A stretch of DNA of 64,000 nt, taken from Paraspadella gotoi. Taxonomy: Eukaryota > Animalia > Chaetognatha. Both the position numbers and the translations under genes were made by a program. Positions 40,938 to 54,301 of this stretch are shown piece by piece. The stretch is from NCBI GenBank assembly GCA_051294375.1, contig CM119266.1, forward strand, positions 9,928,538 through 9,992,537. Direction: 5' to 3'. The notes below the pieces were generated by a model, which saw only the letters and a list, made by a program, of their open reading frames with translations, did not search any database and had not been told where the DNA came from. The stretch's first letter is position 1. Every line of letters begins with the position of its first letter.

Positions 40938-42807
40938 CTGAAAGAGAAAACAAAAGATCATCTGGCTTAGCTATTGTAAAAAACCTTAACTTTTGAAATG
41001 AAATTGTCACAAAAAACAAAACAAACCGAATAGGATTGAGAAAGCAGCGACAAGGTAAGTTCTAACTGCGCTAATCACGTTTCAAAGAAGAAAAAAAAAA
41101 CCCCGAAATCCATTATGCAGACGAACAGAAGCCCCTTTGCAGTATCGATTTCAAGAGCAGAAAAGGAAAGAAAAAAAAACAGGATATACAGAAAAACCTC
41201 GCAACAATAGGATGAAGGTCAATTATGCAAAGATTCGCGGAAAGAAAAAATCGCTTTCAGAGAGAAAACATTAGAAGGAAAGACTGGGAGGTGTCAAAAC
41301 AAACATTGCAGGTGTCGAGCAATCAACGAACAGCTATCGAAAAAAACTAATCGAAAAGTAATATTGGCAGCCAAACGGTTATGTTCATGGCTTCTCTCCT
41401 TCAGGATCGTCTGCCTCCGTTCATATGCGATTCACCAACTCGGTTCAGCTTAAATTCCCTTGAAAAATAACTCCCAAGCATTCCAGGCGCTGAAAAAATA
41501 TTTGGTCGTCGTGCTCNNNNNNNNNNNNNNNNNNNNNNNNNNNNNNNNNNNNNNNNNNNNNNNNNNNNNNNNNNNNNNNNNNNNNNNNNNNNNNNNNNNN
41601 NNNNNNNNNNNNNNNNNNNNNNNNNNNNNNNNNNNNNNNNNNNNNNNNNNNNNNNNNNNNNNNNNNNNNNNNNNNNNNNNNNNNNNNNNNNNNNNNNNNN
41701 NNNNNCTGTCGCCACAGCCGCCGCCGTCGCTGTTCCGTTTCACGACTGCTGTTCTTTCACGACGTCGTTTTCGTCCGTTTTTCCTTTTTTTTTTTTAATT
41801 TTACCGGTGAGTTTTCTTTTTTTGTTTAGAGCCTTTTTTTTTCTCGTTTTTTTTTTAAACGAGAGAGAGAGAGAAGAAGGAGAAATCGAAGAGGAATTTT
41901 TTTCCTCTTTTTCTTTTTTTCTTTCTTCCCCGGTTACTGAATTTCCTTCTCGGCAACCGGTTTTGTCGTTGTTGTTCTTGTTTTTCGCGGGAGATGGCGC
42001 GTTTGTTTTTGTTTTTTGTTTGTTATGATGGATTCGTGCGCCATTTTAGTATTTCGGGGTTTTTTTTTTCCGGTCGGGAATTCGAAGGGCGAGGAATGAC
42101 AGTCAAGAGTAAATCGTTTCTTCTTTACGAATTTTTTCCGGTAAATTTCGCCGAAGACGACGACGTCTCGGGGTTCGATTGAAGTCTGGCTCCGCAACGA
42201 ACAAAAGGGAATCGAATAGATTCGTTTAAATTTATATTTGTTTACTAATTTGTTTTCCCCTTAGTGCTCTTTTAAATCACGTTAGTTAGACGGTGATGTT
42301 ATTTTTTTTTGCACTGATTATCGATGAAAAAATGGCTATTGTGATGATTAAAACCTTTGGCTTCCTTTATCATACGGATCTGAAAGTGAAAAAATGGGAT
42401 GAAAAAAGATATTAAAGAAAATTCAAAATTTTTTGGCTTAAAAAAAATATTGAGAAAAAGTAAATGGCAATGTCCGTCACAAATATCTCTTTTAATCGAC
42501 ATCGACTACGTTTTCCTTTTTTTTTTTTTAACACAAACGAATTACATCCGTTGAATGAAAGATAGCGGATGGAGAGCGACTCAAGCCAATTTTTTCTTCT
42601 TCTTTAGTCAATGGAGAATGAAAAAAAAGAGGGCAATTGTCGATAACGATAACGACGTTCTGTGTGGCGCTTTTAGTGACGAGTAACGACGATGGCGATG
42701 ACGATGACGACGATAACGACGACGAAAATTGGAATCGAGGCAGCGAAAAAAAATCCGACACACGAGACATCGTGACTCCAAGTGAAGTGGGTTGAGTTCG
42801 TGGGAAC

Positions 42808-42853
<46 letters not shown>

Positions 42854-43885
42854 TTTTTGATGAAGCAGAAAATCGATTCTTTCCTTTTTTTTCTTATGAA
42901 ACCTGAAGAGAGGATTTTTTTTGTTAAGATTTCAAAAACGTCAAAAGGAGTAAAAAATTTGGAAACAAAAAACAAAAAAAAAAGGCATAAAGCCTGATAA
43001 AAATTTCAATATTGGCAAACGGAGAGACGTTAAGAAATTCGATGTTTTATGAGAGAGAGAGAGATAGAGAGCGATATACAGAGAGAAAGAGACAGAGAGC
43101 GCGAGAGAGTGAATTTTTCGGGAGATTGTTTTAATCATTCCGTGTTCTTTTATTCGTCGAGTGCAGCGCTGAGTTACAAAAACAAAGAAAAAAACTTAAT
43201 TAAAAACTCGAATCTCCTTGTTTTCTTTTCCTCGTCCTCCCCGCGACGAAAAAAACTAATTTGCATATTTGATGATAAAGCGTAAAGATAAACAAATTCT
43301 GATGAAGGGCGCCTGGATGGTAGTGCATCACGGGCTGGGAATTATTCCTTCTAGTCGCGTTGCGAGTAGTTGAAGTGCAAATTTAAAAGTCACAAAATGT
43401 CCCCCAGTCTTTCTGTTCCTCTAAAGTTTAAATCATGTTAATTACAGTCCTTTTAGTTAAGTCTTGGCAGATACTTGATATGTACTGTAGTTACATATTC
43501 TCCTGGAAATAACAATAACAAACAACAACTTAACAAAATTTAATATGCAAATTAGTTTTGAAGTGAGGCTTGAAAAAAAAAAGATCAATCCAATAGTCTG
43601 CACGACGCAACTCCTCGAAATTGCCTTTCCTCTTTTCTTCTTTTTCATTTTTATCTTTATTTCTCTTCTTCGTTTTTTCCTTTTTCTCATCGACCGCCAT
43701 CTTGTCATCCCAGTTTCCAATCTTTTCTCTTTCTTTTTTGAAATTAAAAACTAAAAAAAAAAAAGATTCTTTAATTTTTTTTTCGAGTTTCGTCGACTCC
43801 ATTTCCGTCGACGTCGTTCCTATTTTTTTAGTTTTTGTTGTCGTCGTCGTCGTCGTTGTATCTTTTTAGTCGTCGTCGGTTTCGT

Positions 43886-43918
<33 letters not shown>

Positions 43919-44456
43919 TTCTTTGACGTGTTCGTGAAAAATGACGCCGTGAGAGATTCCTAGAAAGTGGAAAGAGAGGAAAGCATCGCATTGCAAAATT
44001 TTGGTCTCNNNNNNNNNNNNNNNNNNNNNNNNNNNNNNNNNNNNNNNNNNNNNNNNNNNNNNNNNNNNNNNNNNNNNNNNNNNNNNNNNNNNNNNNNNNN
44101 NNNNNNNNNNNNNNNNNNNNNNNNNNNNNNNNNNNNNNNNNNNNNNNNNNNNNNNNNNNNNNNNNNNNNNNNNNNNNNNNNNNNNNNNNNNNNNNNNNNN
44201 NNNNNNNNNNNNNNNNNNNNNNNNNNNNNNNNNNNNNNNNNNNNNNNNNNNNNNNNNAAAAAAAAAAGAAGGGGAAACAGGAAATTCCAGGCGGATCTCG
44301 TTAGCGGAAGAAGTTTCGTTTTGTCTCCGTCTCGCAATCTCTTTCTCTCTCTGTGTGTGTCTCTCGTTCTCTTTCTCTCTCTCTCTGTCGCTCTCTTTCT
44401 CTCTCGCGCGCGCGAGGAATCGCGCTCGGGATTCGCGCGGGATTCAAGGGCGCGTG

Positions 44457-44469
44457 GTTGCCAGGCAAC
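44457..44469. promoter_or_regulatory. RFX-type X-box GTTGCC-A-GGCAAC
   Basis: Perfect match to GTNRCC(N0-3)RGYAAC within a CpG-rich patch (44400-44490). Confidence 0.5.
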
Positions 44470-44879
44470 GCGCGGCGACCCTTGAGCCACGGGGAAAAGG
44501 AAGAAAACAAACAAATAAACAACAAAGTCGTAACCAGGAAACGACTAAAAGTAATAACAACAACAATAACGAAGAAAACAAATAAGTAGTAAAAAATATC
44601 GTCGTATGTGACTGAATTCGTCGGAATTCAATTAAACCCTTTTTTTTATTAATTTTAGTTTTAATTAATTCGTTATTTCGTGTAAAATTTATGCTTTTCT
44701 GTTAATTTCATATTTTTCTATTAATTTCAATTTCAACGTTATAACACATTTTTATTTCACAAAAAATTACCGGCTTCGGTAAATCAATTTAGATTCAAAT
44801 TTTTTTTCATAGGTTTCTGTTTATTTTTTTATTCTATTATTTTTTTTAAATTTATTCCCATTTTTTTTAACCTCTTTAT

Positions 44880-45095
44880 CGGTCCGCCTTTCAAACGCAC
44901 CTGAGGAAAGCGACGGACGGCGGCGACTGCGTCAACGTATCACCGCCCCGCCCCTTTACCGTCACGCCTTTTGTCTATGGGGCGTCTCGCCCGGCGTCTC
45001 TGGTCTCGTTCGTGGGCGTTAACAAATAATAAAAAGGGGACGCCTTTTCACGTCAGCGCCAGAGCGGTGGAGGGAGCAGGACGAAAAAATCAGAG

Positions 45096-45132
<37 letters not shown>

Positions 45133-45363
45133 GGGTGTGGCGTTTTAATTTCCTTACTTATTTTTTTGAATCCCTCCATCTCTTCTCTCTCTCTCTCTCT
45201 CTTCTCCTCTCTCTCTCTCTCTCCTCTCTCTCTCCCTCTCCCTTCACGAGTTCCATTTCCTTTAACACGCGATTCGCGCGTTCGACAAAAGGGAAAAATG
45301 TCAACGCTTTTTTTTCTTCATATCGACGCCACCGCAACGCGCCTCTTTTTGCCATATCTCTCT

Positions 45364-45437
<74 letters not shown>

Positions 45438-45780
45438 CCAGCCAAATGCCCTTATTGCCCTCTCCAGAGCCGGATCGTGGTCACTGGTCCGTCTCTCTCA
45501 TCCCTGGCTCAAACTAACTGACCACAATACGCAGGCCCAGCCCCACTGTCCTTACTCTCCCCGCGCACGCTCTCCGCAATCCGCCGCACGTAGCGCGCGG
45601 ACGTGCGCTCGACGCCTTGACCGCGTCTCCTTCCTTCCCCCTCTCGGCCACGCCCACCCTCTATCGGGTGACGACGCGAGAACCGGAAACGCGTTCCGCT
45701 CGCGTTCGGACAATAGGCGGCGACGCCGGACGACGCCGGACGACGCCGAACAACGCCGGGGCGCGGAAAAGAGGGCGTGA
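44880..45780. promoter_or_regulatory. GC/CpG-rich promoter-like region
   Basis: CpG-dense blocks at 44880-45085 and 45540-45780, a GC box ccgccccgcccc ~44943, and a minus-strand donor-like CAG/GTGCGT at 44901/44900. It lies upstream of the minus-strand exons. Confidence 0.3.
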
Positions 45781-48326
45781 TTAAGGATGCATGGTACGAG
45801 CGAAAAAATAATTACGGATCTGTGTGGGAGATGTGTGAACGAGAGAGAGAAAGAGAGAGACGGAGGGAGGTAAAGAGGGAGAAACAGAGTGAAATTGTCG
45901 GAGAGAGAGAGAGAGAGAGAGACAAGGTCATAGAGAGATATATAGAAAGAATAAGAAGAAAAAAAAATATGGAGATAGAGGGAGATGGGGGAGGGAGAGA
46001 GAGAAAGACCATTAGAATGCGTAGTCAATTAACGAAATTTTGGTTATCAAACTTATCACCGTCCCTAAAAATAAACATATTCTCGGCCGATTGGCTTCCG
46101 AGTTTTACCAACGGAAGATGCGAGGATTTTCTTGATTAAAACAAAATAAGTAACAAACACATTTTTCTTAATTTCCCGATCGGAACGCGTCCTATTCATA
46201 CTTTTCAAAAAGACTTACCAGTTCAGTGAGGTAAGTCGAGCCGAGTGAGAGCTTAAAAGCTGAGGTCGTTGACTCGCTTTTCGGCGAAAGCCGTCTGCCT
46301 TCCTACACAAGGAACCACAATAACTTTTAACGAGAAAAAGTAATTGGAAAAGAAAAGTAAAAAAAAAAAGAAGAAAAGTAAAGTTGAAAGGATGAGAACA
46401 AGAAAAAGAAAAAAAAAGTCGCGCTTTCCTAATTGAAATGCGAAAGGCTGGTTATTAGGAAGACGAAAAAGAGAAACTGAGATAGAAATTCAGAAAAAAA
46501 AGATTGAAGATGAGAAATGAAAAGATGAATTTAGTGAATAACAGTTTGAAATGAGTTAAGAGATAAAAAGAAAGATTAATAAAAAGATAGGTTAAAGCAT
46601 ATGCCGATCCGTACNNNNNNNNNNNNNNNNNNNNNNNNNNNNNNNNNNNNNNNNNNNNNNNNNNNNNNNNNNNNNNNNNNNNNNNNNNNNNNNNNNNNNN
46701 NNNNNNNNNNNNNNNNNNNNNNNNNNNNNNNNNNNNNNNNNNNNNNNNNNNNNNNNNNNNNNNNNNNNNNNNNNNNNNNNNNNNNNNNNNNNNNNNNNNN
46801 NNNNNNNNNNNNNNNNNNNNNNNNNNNNNNNNNNNNNNNNNNNNNNNNNNNNNNNNNNNNNNTATGAGGCGCCGGTTTCGCGGATCGGGTATCGGATTTA
46901 ACGCCGCTTACGACAACGACGACGACGACTTAAGACGGCTTATGGCACTTGTGGTTCCAACGCCCTGTTCTTCTGATTCTAATGATGGGTGTTCTCGTCG
47001 ATATTCGATTATGATGTAGTGGATTATAGAACGGCGATGACAGTGATAGATTACGCTGGATTCGTAAGTTAAACGGTGACGTTGATGGCGATAATGACCT
47101 TGAGATGATGACGGATTTAAAAATAAAGATTATGAAATGAACTCATGACGGTAATTAAAATAATTGCGACACATTATCCGCTCCATTTTAAGTTAAAAGC
47201 TTNNNNNNNNNNNNNNNNNNNNNNNNNNNNNNNNNNNNNNNNNNNNNNNNNNNNNNNNNNNNNNNNNNNNNNNNNNNNNNNNNNNNNNNNNNNNNNNNNN
47301 NNNNNNNNNNNNNNNNNNNNNNNNNNNNNNNNNNNNNNNNNNNNNNNNNNNNNNNNNNNNNNNNNNNNNNNNNNNNNNNNNNNNNNNNNNNNNNNNNNNN
47401 NNNNNNNNNNNNNNNNNNNNNNNNNNNNNNNNNNNNNNNNNNNNNNNNNNNNNNNNNNNNNNNNNNNNNNNNNNNNNNNNNNNNNNNNNNNNNNNNNNNN
47501 NNNNNNGGACAGTTAAGTTCATTCAATGAGTGGCGAATTTGTAATCGTTGTCGTTGTTATCATTNNNNNNNNNNCAAAACATTTGTAAAGGAATTAAGGT
47601 CGGTTGTGTGGGGACAGTTCATTCACTGAGTGGCGAATTTGTGATCGTTGTCGTTGTTATCATTGTTGCTGATTAAGTTTTCAAGGTCGAAAGAGCAGTT
47701 ACACAATTTATAAATTACAATGGTCAGTGGCGCTTCTTCTCACCTCCATCGCGACAGTCTTTAGACCAAAGCCTTCATTTCCCCTCCTTCTCCTCCCTCC
47801 CCTTCTCCCTCTCTCGACGTAAGAAGGAATTAAAAACAAACGACGCGGAGAGATAAAAACCGTTCGCTGATTATCGCCACGACGACTACGCTTCCTCCTC
47901 CTCCTCCTCCTCTTCCTCATCCGCCTCATTAAAAAAAAAACAAAAAAACAACAAACAAACTCGACGACGAAAGGAGAATATTAATTATAAACAATGTCTC
48001 TCTGTCTCCCTCTCTCTCTCTCCCACCCCCCAAACCGCAAAAACCCTCTCGCTCCCTCGATTGTTTACGCGTGCGGACGAGGAAACGTAAAGATAAATTT
48101 ACCTCTCGTTTCCATTAGAGGAACGAGTCGCGTTTCCATCCGGTTTTTATCTCTCTCTCTATCGTTCGGTTCCAGTTTAATGTTCCTTGGCCTTCTCTCT
48201 GTCTCCGTCGGGGTGGTATCTGTCTGTCTGGCGCGGGGGAGGTTTAAGCTTGTCGGTGTGTCTGTTGTGTTGAGTGGTCTGAGTGTCTTTCTGTCTTTGA
48301 CTGGTTTGTGGTTACTCTTTAGCTGG

Positions 48327-48340
48327 TTTCTTTCTTTTTT

Positions 48341-48416
<76 letters not shown>

Positions 48417-48418
48417 TC
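48327..48418 (+). repeat. (CTTT)n microsatellite
   Basis: Direct reading. Confidence 0.95.
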
Positions 48419-50485
48419 CATCTCGCTTTCTTTCTATCTTCTCACTATCTTTCTATTTTTTTCTTTGTAACAAAACTCACGGGTGATATAAAGTAGCCGT
48501 CATTAGGATCAAATTTCGTTTGTTGCAAACTCTAGGCTACCATTAATTCAAAAGGATGTGNNNNNNNNNNNNNNNNNNNNNNNNNNNNNNNNNNNNNNNN
48601 NNNNNNNNNNNNNNNNNNNNNNNNNNNNNNNNNNNNNNNNNNNNNNNNNNNNNNNNNNNNNNNNNNNNNNNNNNNNNNNNNNNNNNNNNNNNNNNNNNNN
48701 NNNNNNNNNNNNNNNNNNNNNNNNNNNNNNNNNNNNNNNNNNNNNNNNNNNNNNNNNNNNNNNNNNNNNNNNNNNNNNNNNNNNNNNNNNNNNNNNNNNN
48801 NNNNNNNNNNNNNNNNNNNNNNNNNNNNNNNNNNNNNNNNNNNNNNNNNNNNNNNNNNNNNNNNNNTTTTTTTTCAAACTTCGCTTGACGGATTTCGCTT
48901 CATCCGCTCCCCTCCTCTTTCCACATCGCTCTACTTCTCTTTCCACACCGCTCCAGTTCTCTACTAACATCGCTCCACTCCTCTTTACTCATCACTCCGC
49001 TCCTCCCTCTTCGCTCCTTTGCTCTCTTCCCATTCTCCCGTTTTCTTTTTCAGAGAAGTGGAGTTTTTTTCTTTTCATTTATCTTTGTGAAAGAAAAAAA
49101 AAAAGAAGATGGTTACCGCATNNNNNNNNNNNNNNNNNNNNNNNNNNNNNNNNNNNNNNNNNNNNNNNNNNNNNNNNNNNNNNNNNNNNNNNNNNNNNNN
49201 NNNNNNNNNNNNNNNNNNNNNNNNNNNNNNNNNNNNNNNNNNNNNNNNNNNNNNNNNNNNNNNNNNNNNNNNNNNNNNNNNNNNNNNNNNNNNNNNNNNN
49301 NNNNNNNNNNNNNNNNNNNNNNNNNNNNNNNNNNNNNNNNNNNNNNNNNNNNNNNNNNNNNNNNNNNNNNNNNNNNNNNNNNNNNNNNNNNNNNNNNNNN
49401 NNNNNNNNNNNNNNNNNNNNNNNNNNNNNNNNNNNNNNNNNNNNNNNNNNNNNNNNNNNNNNNNNNNNNNNNNNNNNNNNNNNNNNNNNNNNNNNNNNNN
49501 NNNNNNNNNNNNNNNNNNNNNNNNNNNNNNNCTCTATTAATTCCAATCAAACGCTATTATATCCCTTCCTCCCTCACTCACTCTCTCCCCCATTTCCCCC
49601 CTTTCCCCCTCCCCCCCCTTTTCCCCCCCCATCTCCTCTTCCCCCCTCCTTCCCCCCCAAAACTGTTTTTCCCCCCATTTTTACCTTATATGTCTCTTCT
49701 CGGCGCCCCGCTCAACCCGCTACGACTTGCTACCGACAAGTGCACCGACGCCGTCGACCCCGCGCTACCCCGGCGCCGGGGGTTTTTTTCTCGCTGTCAA
49801 GCGCCATTTGCCGACGCGGCGCCGATCAGAGAGCGCCGGCTTTGGGGCGCCTTCCGGCGCCTTCCGCCGTCCGGCGGAGGTTTTTTTTTTTTATTATGTT
49901 CCAGTTTAATTAAATTCTTTCTTTTTCTTTAATTTCTTTTCGGCACCAATTCCGACGTCCGGAGGTTTTTGGGTAATTAAACCCGCGGAAAATTTGTTGG
50001 GTTTAGGTTGGAAAGTTGCTGAATTTGTCGCTTTCGTTTCGACCCCAGCTCATTTTATTTTTAAAGGTTCCGTTTTGTCGAAAAAAATAACTGAATTAAA
50101 TTTTTACAGTAAATTAATAAAGTTATGAACACAAAAAGGACCGATCGAAGTCAATATACTACATTTATTGTTTTAAAACACACTCGCGTGCAAAAAAAAA
50201 ATACGCCACTTTATAACTTTTAATCTATTACAAGAAATGTAAAATGTCGGAAGAAAAAATATTAGCCTTAAATCTATCAGATTAGAGTACTTCATTTTAA
50301 AAAATCAATGCTCCGATGGATGGCCCAATTTTTATAAAATTTATGCCAAACTTTAATTTACTTTTTAAAAAAAAATGTAAATATATAGGGGGATTTTCGA
50401 AGTCTGAAATAAAGAGGCCCGATTTTTTTTTGCACATGACTGTAATTCTTTTTTAAAATAACTAAACTTGGACTTCTCGTGTCAA

Positions 50486-50567
50486 TCCGATTTCGATTTC
50501 GATTCCGATTCCGATTCCGATTCCGATTCCGATTCCGATTCCGATTCCGATTCCGATTCCGATTCCG
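50486..50567 (+). repeat. (TCCGAT)n hexanucleotide microsatellite, ~13 units
   Basis: ccgatttcgatttcgattccgattccgatt... read directly; it produces the RNRNRN run in ORF 50358-50828. Confidence 0.95.
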
Positions 50568-51001
50568 CTGTCGCTCTTGAGTCTTGACGAGTTCAATTAG
50601 GTTTTTCTCGAAAGGAGGCAAATGTAAAGAGTAACGACGACGACGTGAGCGACGACGACCATAACGACGACGAGATGCAATTAAAGAAATCTGTGTTGGA
50701 CAACCGACCTTCCAAGGATTGAGAGAGAGAGACAGACAGAGCGAGACAGGCAGAAGCAGAGAGAGAGAGAGAGAGAGAGGATTTTTTTTGGGTAAGAAAT
50801 CGAAGCGGGCTGAGCGAGTAAAAGTCAAGCGAACGCTGAGAGAGATTTCTCAAGTTGGCCACCAGTTTCAGAACGTTTATTGCCTTGAACATAATGAGAG
50901 GGAGAGGGGGGAAANNNNNNNNNNNNNNNNNNNNNNNNNTCAATGGAGGGAGAGGCGGGAAAAGATGGATTGGAGGAGATGACGAGCAGAGAGTAGAGAG
51001 A

Positions 51002-53620
51002 ACAATAGACAATAGACCAATAGTAATACTTGCGGCTTTGAGGGCACCTTGAGGCCTTTAAAAGCTACGAATTCGCAAGAATATTTACAATTGTAATTGA
51101 CTTTGAAACAATGAAAGTGCATCGCATCTTCTAACTGCACTCCGCAGTTCAACAAACTTCACTGACAACCTCTCCAATTGACAATTGAAACACAGAATTC
51201 GCTTCCTTCCTAGTATTTCCCCATCGCAGAAGTATTCTATCGGAGATATATTGTTTGTATACGATAAAAGAAATTCGATCAATAATGTCATCAAAAAAAC
51301 AAATACAAAAGATTATTAAAACACCGGAAAAAAAAAATATTAATACGAGTAAGAGGGATAAAGCATTTCTGTAGAAAGAGTCCGGCGTACATATTGCTGT
51401 CAAGGAATCATGTCTCCTGCATCTCTAAATAAAATATAGTACTAGGGTATGGAGGGGTAAATTTTGAAAATTCTAGTATGGCCAAAAAAAGTACTGGAGA
51501 AGCTTGTCAAATTTTCCCAATGACATCCTTTGCAGCTGAAGCAAAACATGCTGATGTAATACATAAATAATGAGACAAACAAGACTATAGAATATTGCGA
51601 AACAAGACGTCATTATCATTTGGTACAATCTAGACAGCGATTGATTGCTAAATTTGTTGCATCATTGCTTTAGAACAATCACGATCATTTAAATGTTAGA
51701 GTCATGATTAATTTTTATCTAAGTTACATCCTAAAAATTTAAACTGTTTGACAAACAGGTATTTTACTACCAAAAAGAAATAGTTCTATAGCATAATCAT
51801 TATTAAATATGATCGTGCGAGTAAAAGTAGACAGTTTGACTATATCGGGTAAAATTCTTAAAAAACCAGCTTTTGTGCACCATCCTTCTAAACGATTTAA
51901 TTTAAATTTTTTGGAGACAAGCTTACAGCGCTAGCGGATCCTTGAGGTTGCCCAGAACGAATGAATCATCTACATATTGATGGCATTTCCAAAACATGCT
52001 GTGCTTGTGCGAGTCGCGTGAGTGTGTGTGAGACTTGGTTGTTGGATTTCTGTTTCATTAGTGGAAGATCTTCACAGTAGAAAATGTAAAGATTCTGACT
52101 TAAACGGCACCTTCGTGGGAGCACAAATAGCTTTTATGTAGTAAATTTCACCATTTACTTAAACACAAAAATGTTCCGATCACTGAATGAAATGATACTA
52201 TTTTTCTAACAATTTCCATTCGGAATCTGTATTTATTAATTTTGTATTTTAGACCATCAAGCCAAATTGAGTCCAAACACGCTTTTGCATATCGCCAGAT
52301 CACCAAAATTGTCAACGCTCTCTGATTTTAAATCGAGGATGACGCATCTTCTACAAGTCTACTATGTGGGGCAATCGTCCCTTTTTGTACGCCTGATTGC
52401 AAATTATTCCGCTTAACCCTCTTAGTTCTTATCATAGATAAAAACCTGGAGAATCTATATCTTTCAAAGAGTTTTCAAGAAACTGATAGTAACTTATAAT
52501 CTGCCTATAGTTTCGGATGACTGTCGCGTCTCGTCCTGGTTTGGTTTTGCGAGAGTCGTGAGGTGAGCGATTTCCATGATTTGGCGAAAGTAGCCAAGTT
52601 AGGCAGCACCCTGGTATTATATGGCTAACAAGTGATCTCAAGACATCTTTTGGCAGGTTTTTTCGACATGCCATGTACATTCCAGTGTCCTGCAGCTGAT
52701 TTTGTTATTAGAGATTGAGAAGTCAACTAAAAAAAATTTTTCATATTAAGATTTGATTTCCATGTATTCTTAAACTCTTATTGGTTTTATTAAACAGTAA
52801 TGAAATAAAAGCTTCAATTTTGTTGACAACAACTCTTCACATGATTCCACCACTCAACTATAGCTGGACTGGACTGGCTTCCATGAATACCTTCCAATCT
52901 ATTCTTGCAAAAATTTGAGCCATTGCCATTGTTCTTCAGCTTGATTCCGTCAGCTCGAATAGACTAGTTATCGCTGGTGGGCGAATGATGCTTATCAGTT
53001 TGTCTAGCTTCATTGAATAATTTCCCATTTTTTTGCGAGTCTTTTCTTCTAGAATTTTTTTAACCTCGTTGTCCATATAAAGAATTAAATCCTTTTGTTT
53101 AATGTGCGAGTTTGCGACAAAATATGGGATTATATTCCTGACAAGTTTCTCTTGAAGAGAGTGCCAGCTTTTCGGTGTTCTTAAAAATTTTTTCGCCATT
53201 AGACTTTCTTTTATTTTTAAATACTTGTTTAGTTCAAATGCTTATAAAAACTTTTCTCTTTGTCTTAAGTTTTTTCATGGTAACCTCTTCATGAATAATC
53301 AATAAATTCACAAAATTCTTTATTGATTTATCCAAATGATTTGGAGCATCTTGGTCCCCAATGTGAAAACCATCCAATTTTCTATGTCTCGATTTTCCCG
53401 AGATGTAGTGTGGTGTGAGTGAGTTTATTGTTTTGGATGTCCACCAGAATTATGCACAGTTGCTACTGCATGTATCTGAGCCAACATCCGTTTTAAAACG
53501 TGCATGGGTTTTTTTGGCCAAACCGTTAATGTAACAAAACTTGTCAAAGCATGAACAACATAAAACATTTGCATCATTATAGAGCGTTACTGATATTATT
53601 GCGGGTTCCAGTTGTAATCG
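51002..53620 (-). mobile_element. 5'-truncated non-LTR retrotransposon (APE-RT LINE, Jockey/I-group-like), many frameshifts
   Basis: Manual minus-strand translation with frame switches gives LINE ORF2 motifs in the correct order: DVGSD(H) ~53488-53469 (APE end); KSAAG...KNLPKDVL...PKSWKS ~52700-52565; KPGRD...NYR ~52545-52504; DSIWLDGLKYKINKY ~52273-52229; VNGE ~52158; (G)APxG(A)VLSQNLYIFYCEDLP ~52124-52062; CHQYVDDSFV ~51985-51956; LNRLEGWCTKAGFL ~51902-51861; KFLGCNLDK ~51739-51713. The block is microsatellite-poor and compositionally distinct. Confidence 0.9.
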
Positions 53621-53679
53621 GAGAGAGGAGAGATGAGAGAGAAGAGAGAGAGAGACAGGCTCATGCTGAGGAAAAGTTT

Positions 53680-53987
53680 GAACTCAACGTCCCGCTGGAA
53701 GTAAACACACTCTAAGGGGAGGCGTCCGAAAAAGAAACCGGCAAAGAAAACTCGAAAAATACTGAGCCGGAAAAAGGAACGAGAGAGATAGAGAAGGGCA
53801 TCGAAAAAGAAAAAACCATGAGAGGAAAAAAAGAAAAAGAAAAAGAAAAAGGAAAAAAAGAAAGAAAATAATAGAGAGTGCTGTGCACGTAATCCTCATT
53901 TCATTTTTTCCATCCGTAGAACGAATTGAAAATGTGGGACCAAAGCTGGCAGTGGAACTACATGAGAGAGAGAGTAGAGAGAGCAAG

Positions 53988-54029
<42 letters not shown>

Positions 54030-54225
54030 GAGAAAAGAGACGGAGAGCGGAAAGAGATAGGATTAATCACATAAAGAACGACAAAACAGGACGATTTCGT
54101 AAAATCTTTGATATGGCGCAAAACTAATATGGTCATTGATCCAAGTCTCTATTTTTTCCTTCTTCCTCCGCCAGAGAGCGAGCGTGCTTTTTTTTTAGCT
54201 CTCCGGGCATTTACCTAACTCTCCT

Positions 54226-54264
<39 letters not shown>

Positions 54265-54268
54265 CTCT

Positions 54269-54301
<33 letters not shown>

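Noticed and set aside
46212-46237. GACTTACC...GGTAAGTC inverted pair (U1-like 5' end or back-to-back donors)
   Set aside because: No U1 body follows, and an 8-bp stem is expected by chance.
47508-47664. ~55-bp sequence repeated on both sides of a 10-N gap
   Set aside because: Probably the edge of a collapsed tandem repeat; too little sequence is visible to define it.
53450-53580. Cys-rich CCSCFDKFCY, IBR/zinc-finger-like
   Set aside because: It lies immediately before the GSDH motif inside the LINE endonuclease region, so a frameshifted APE sequence explains it better.
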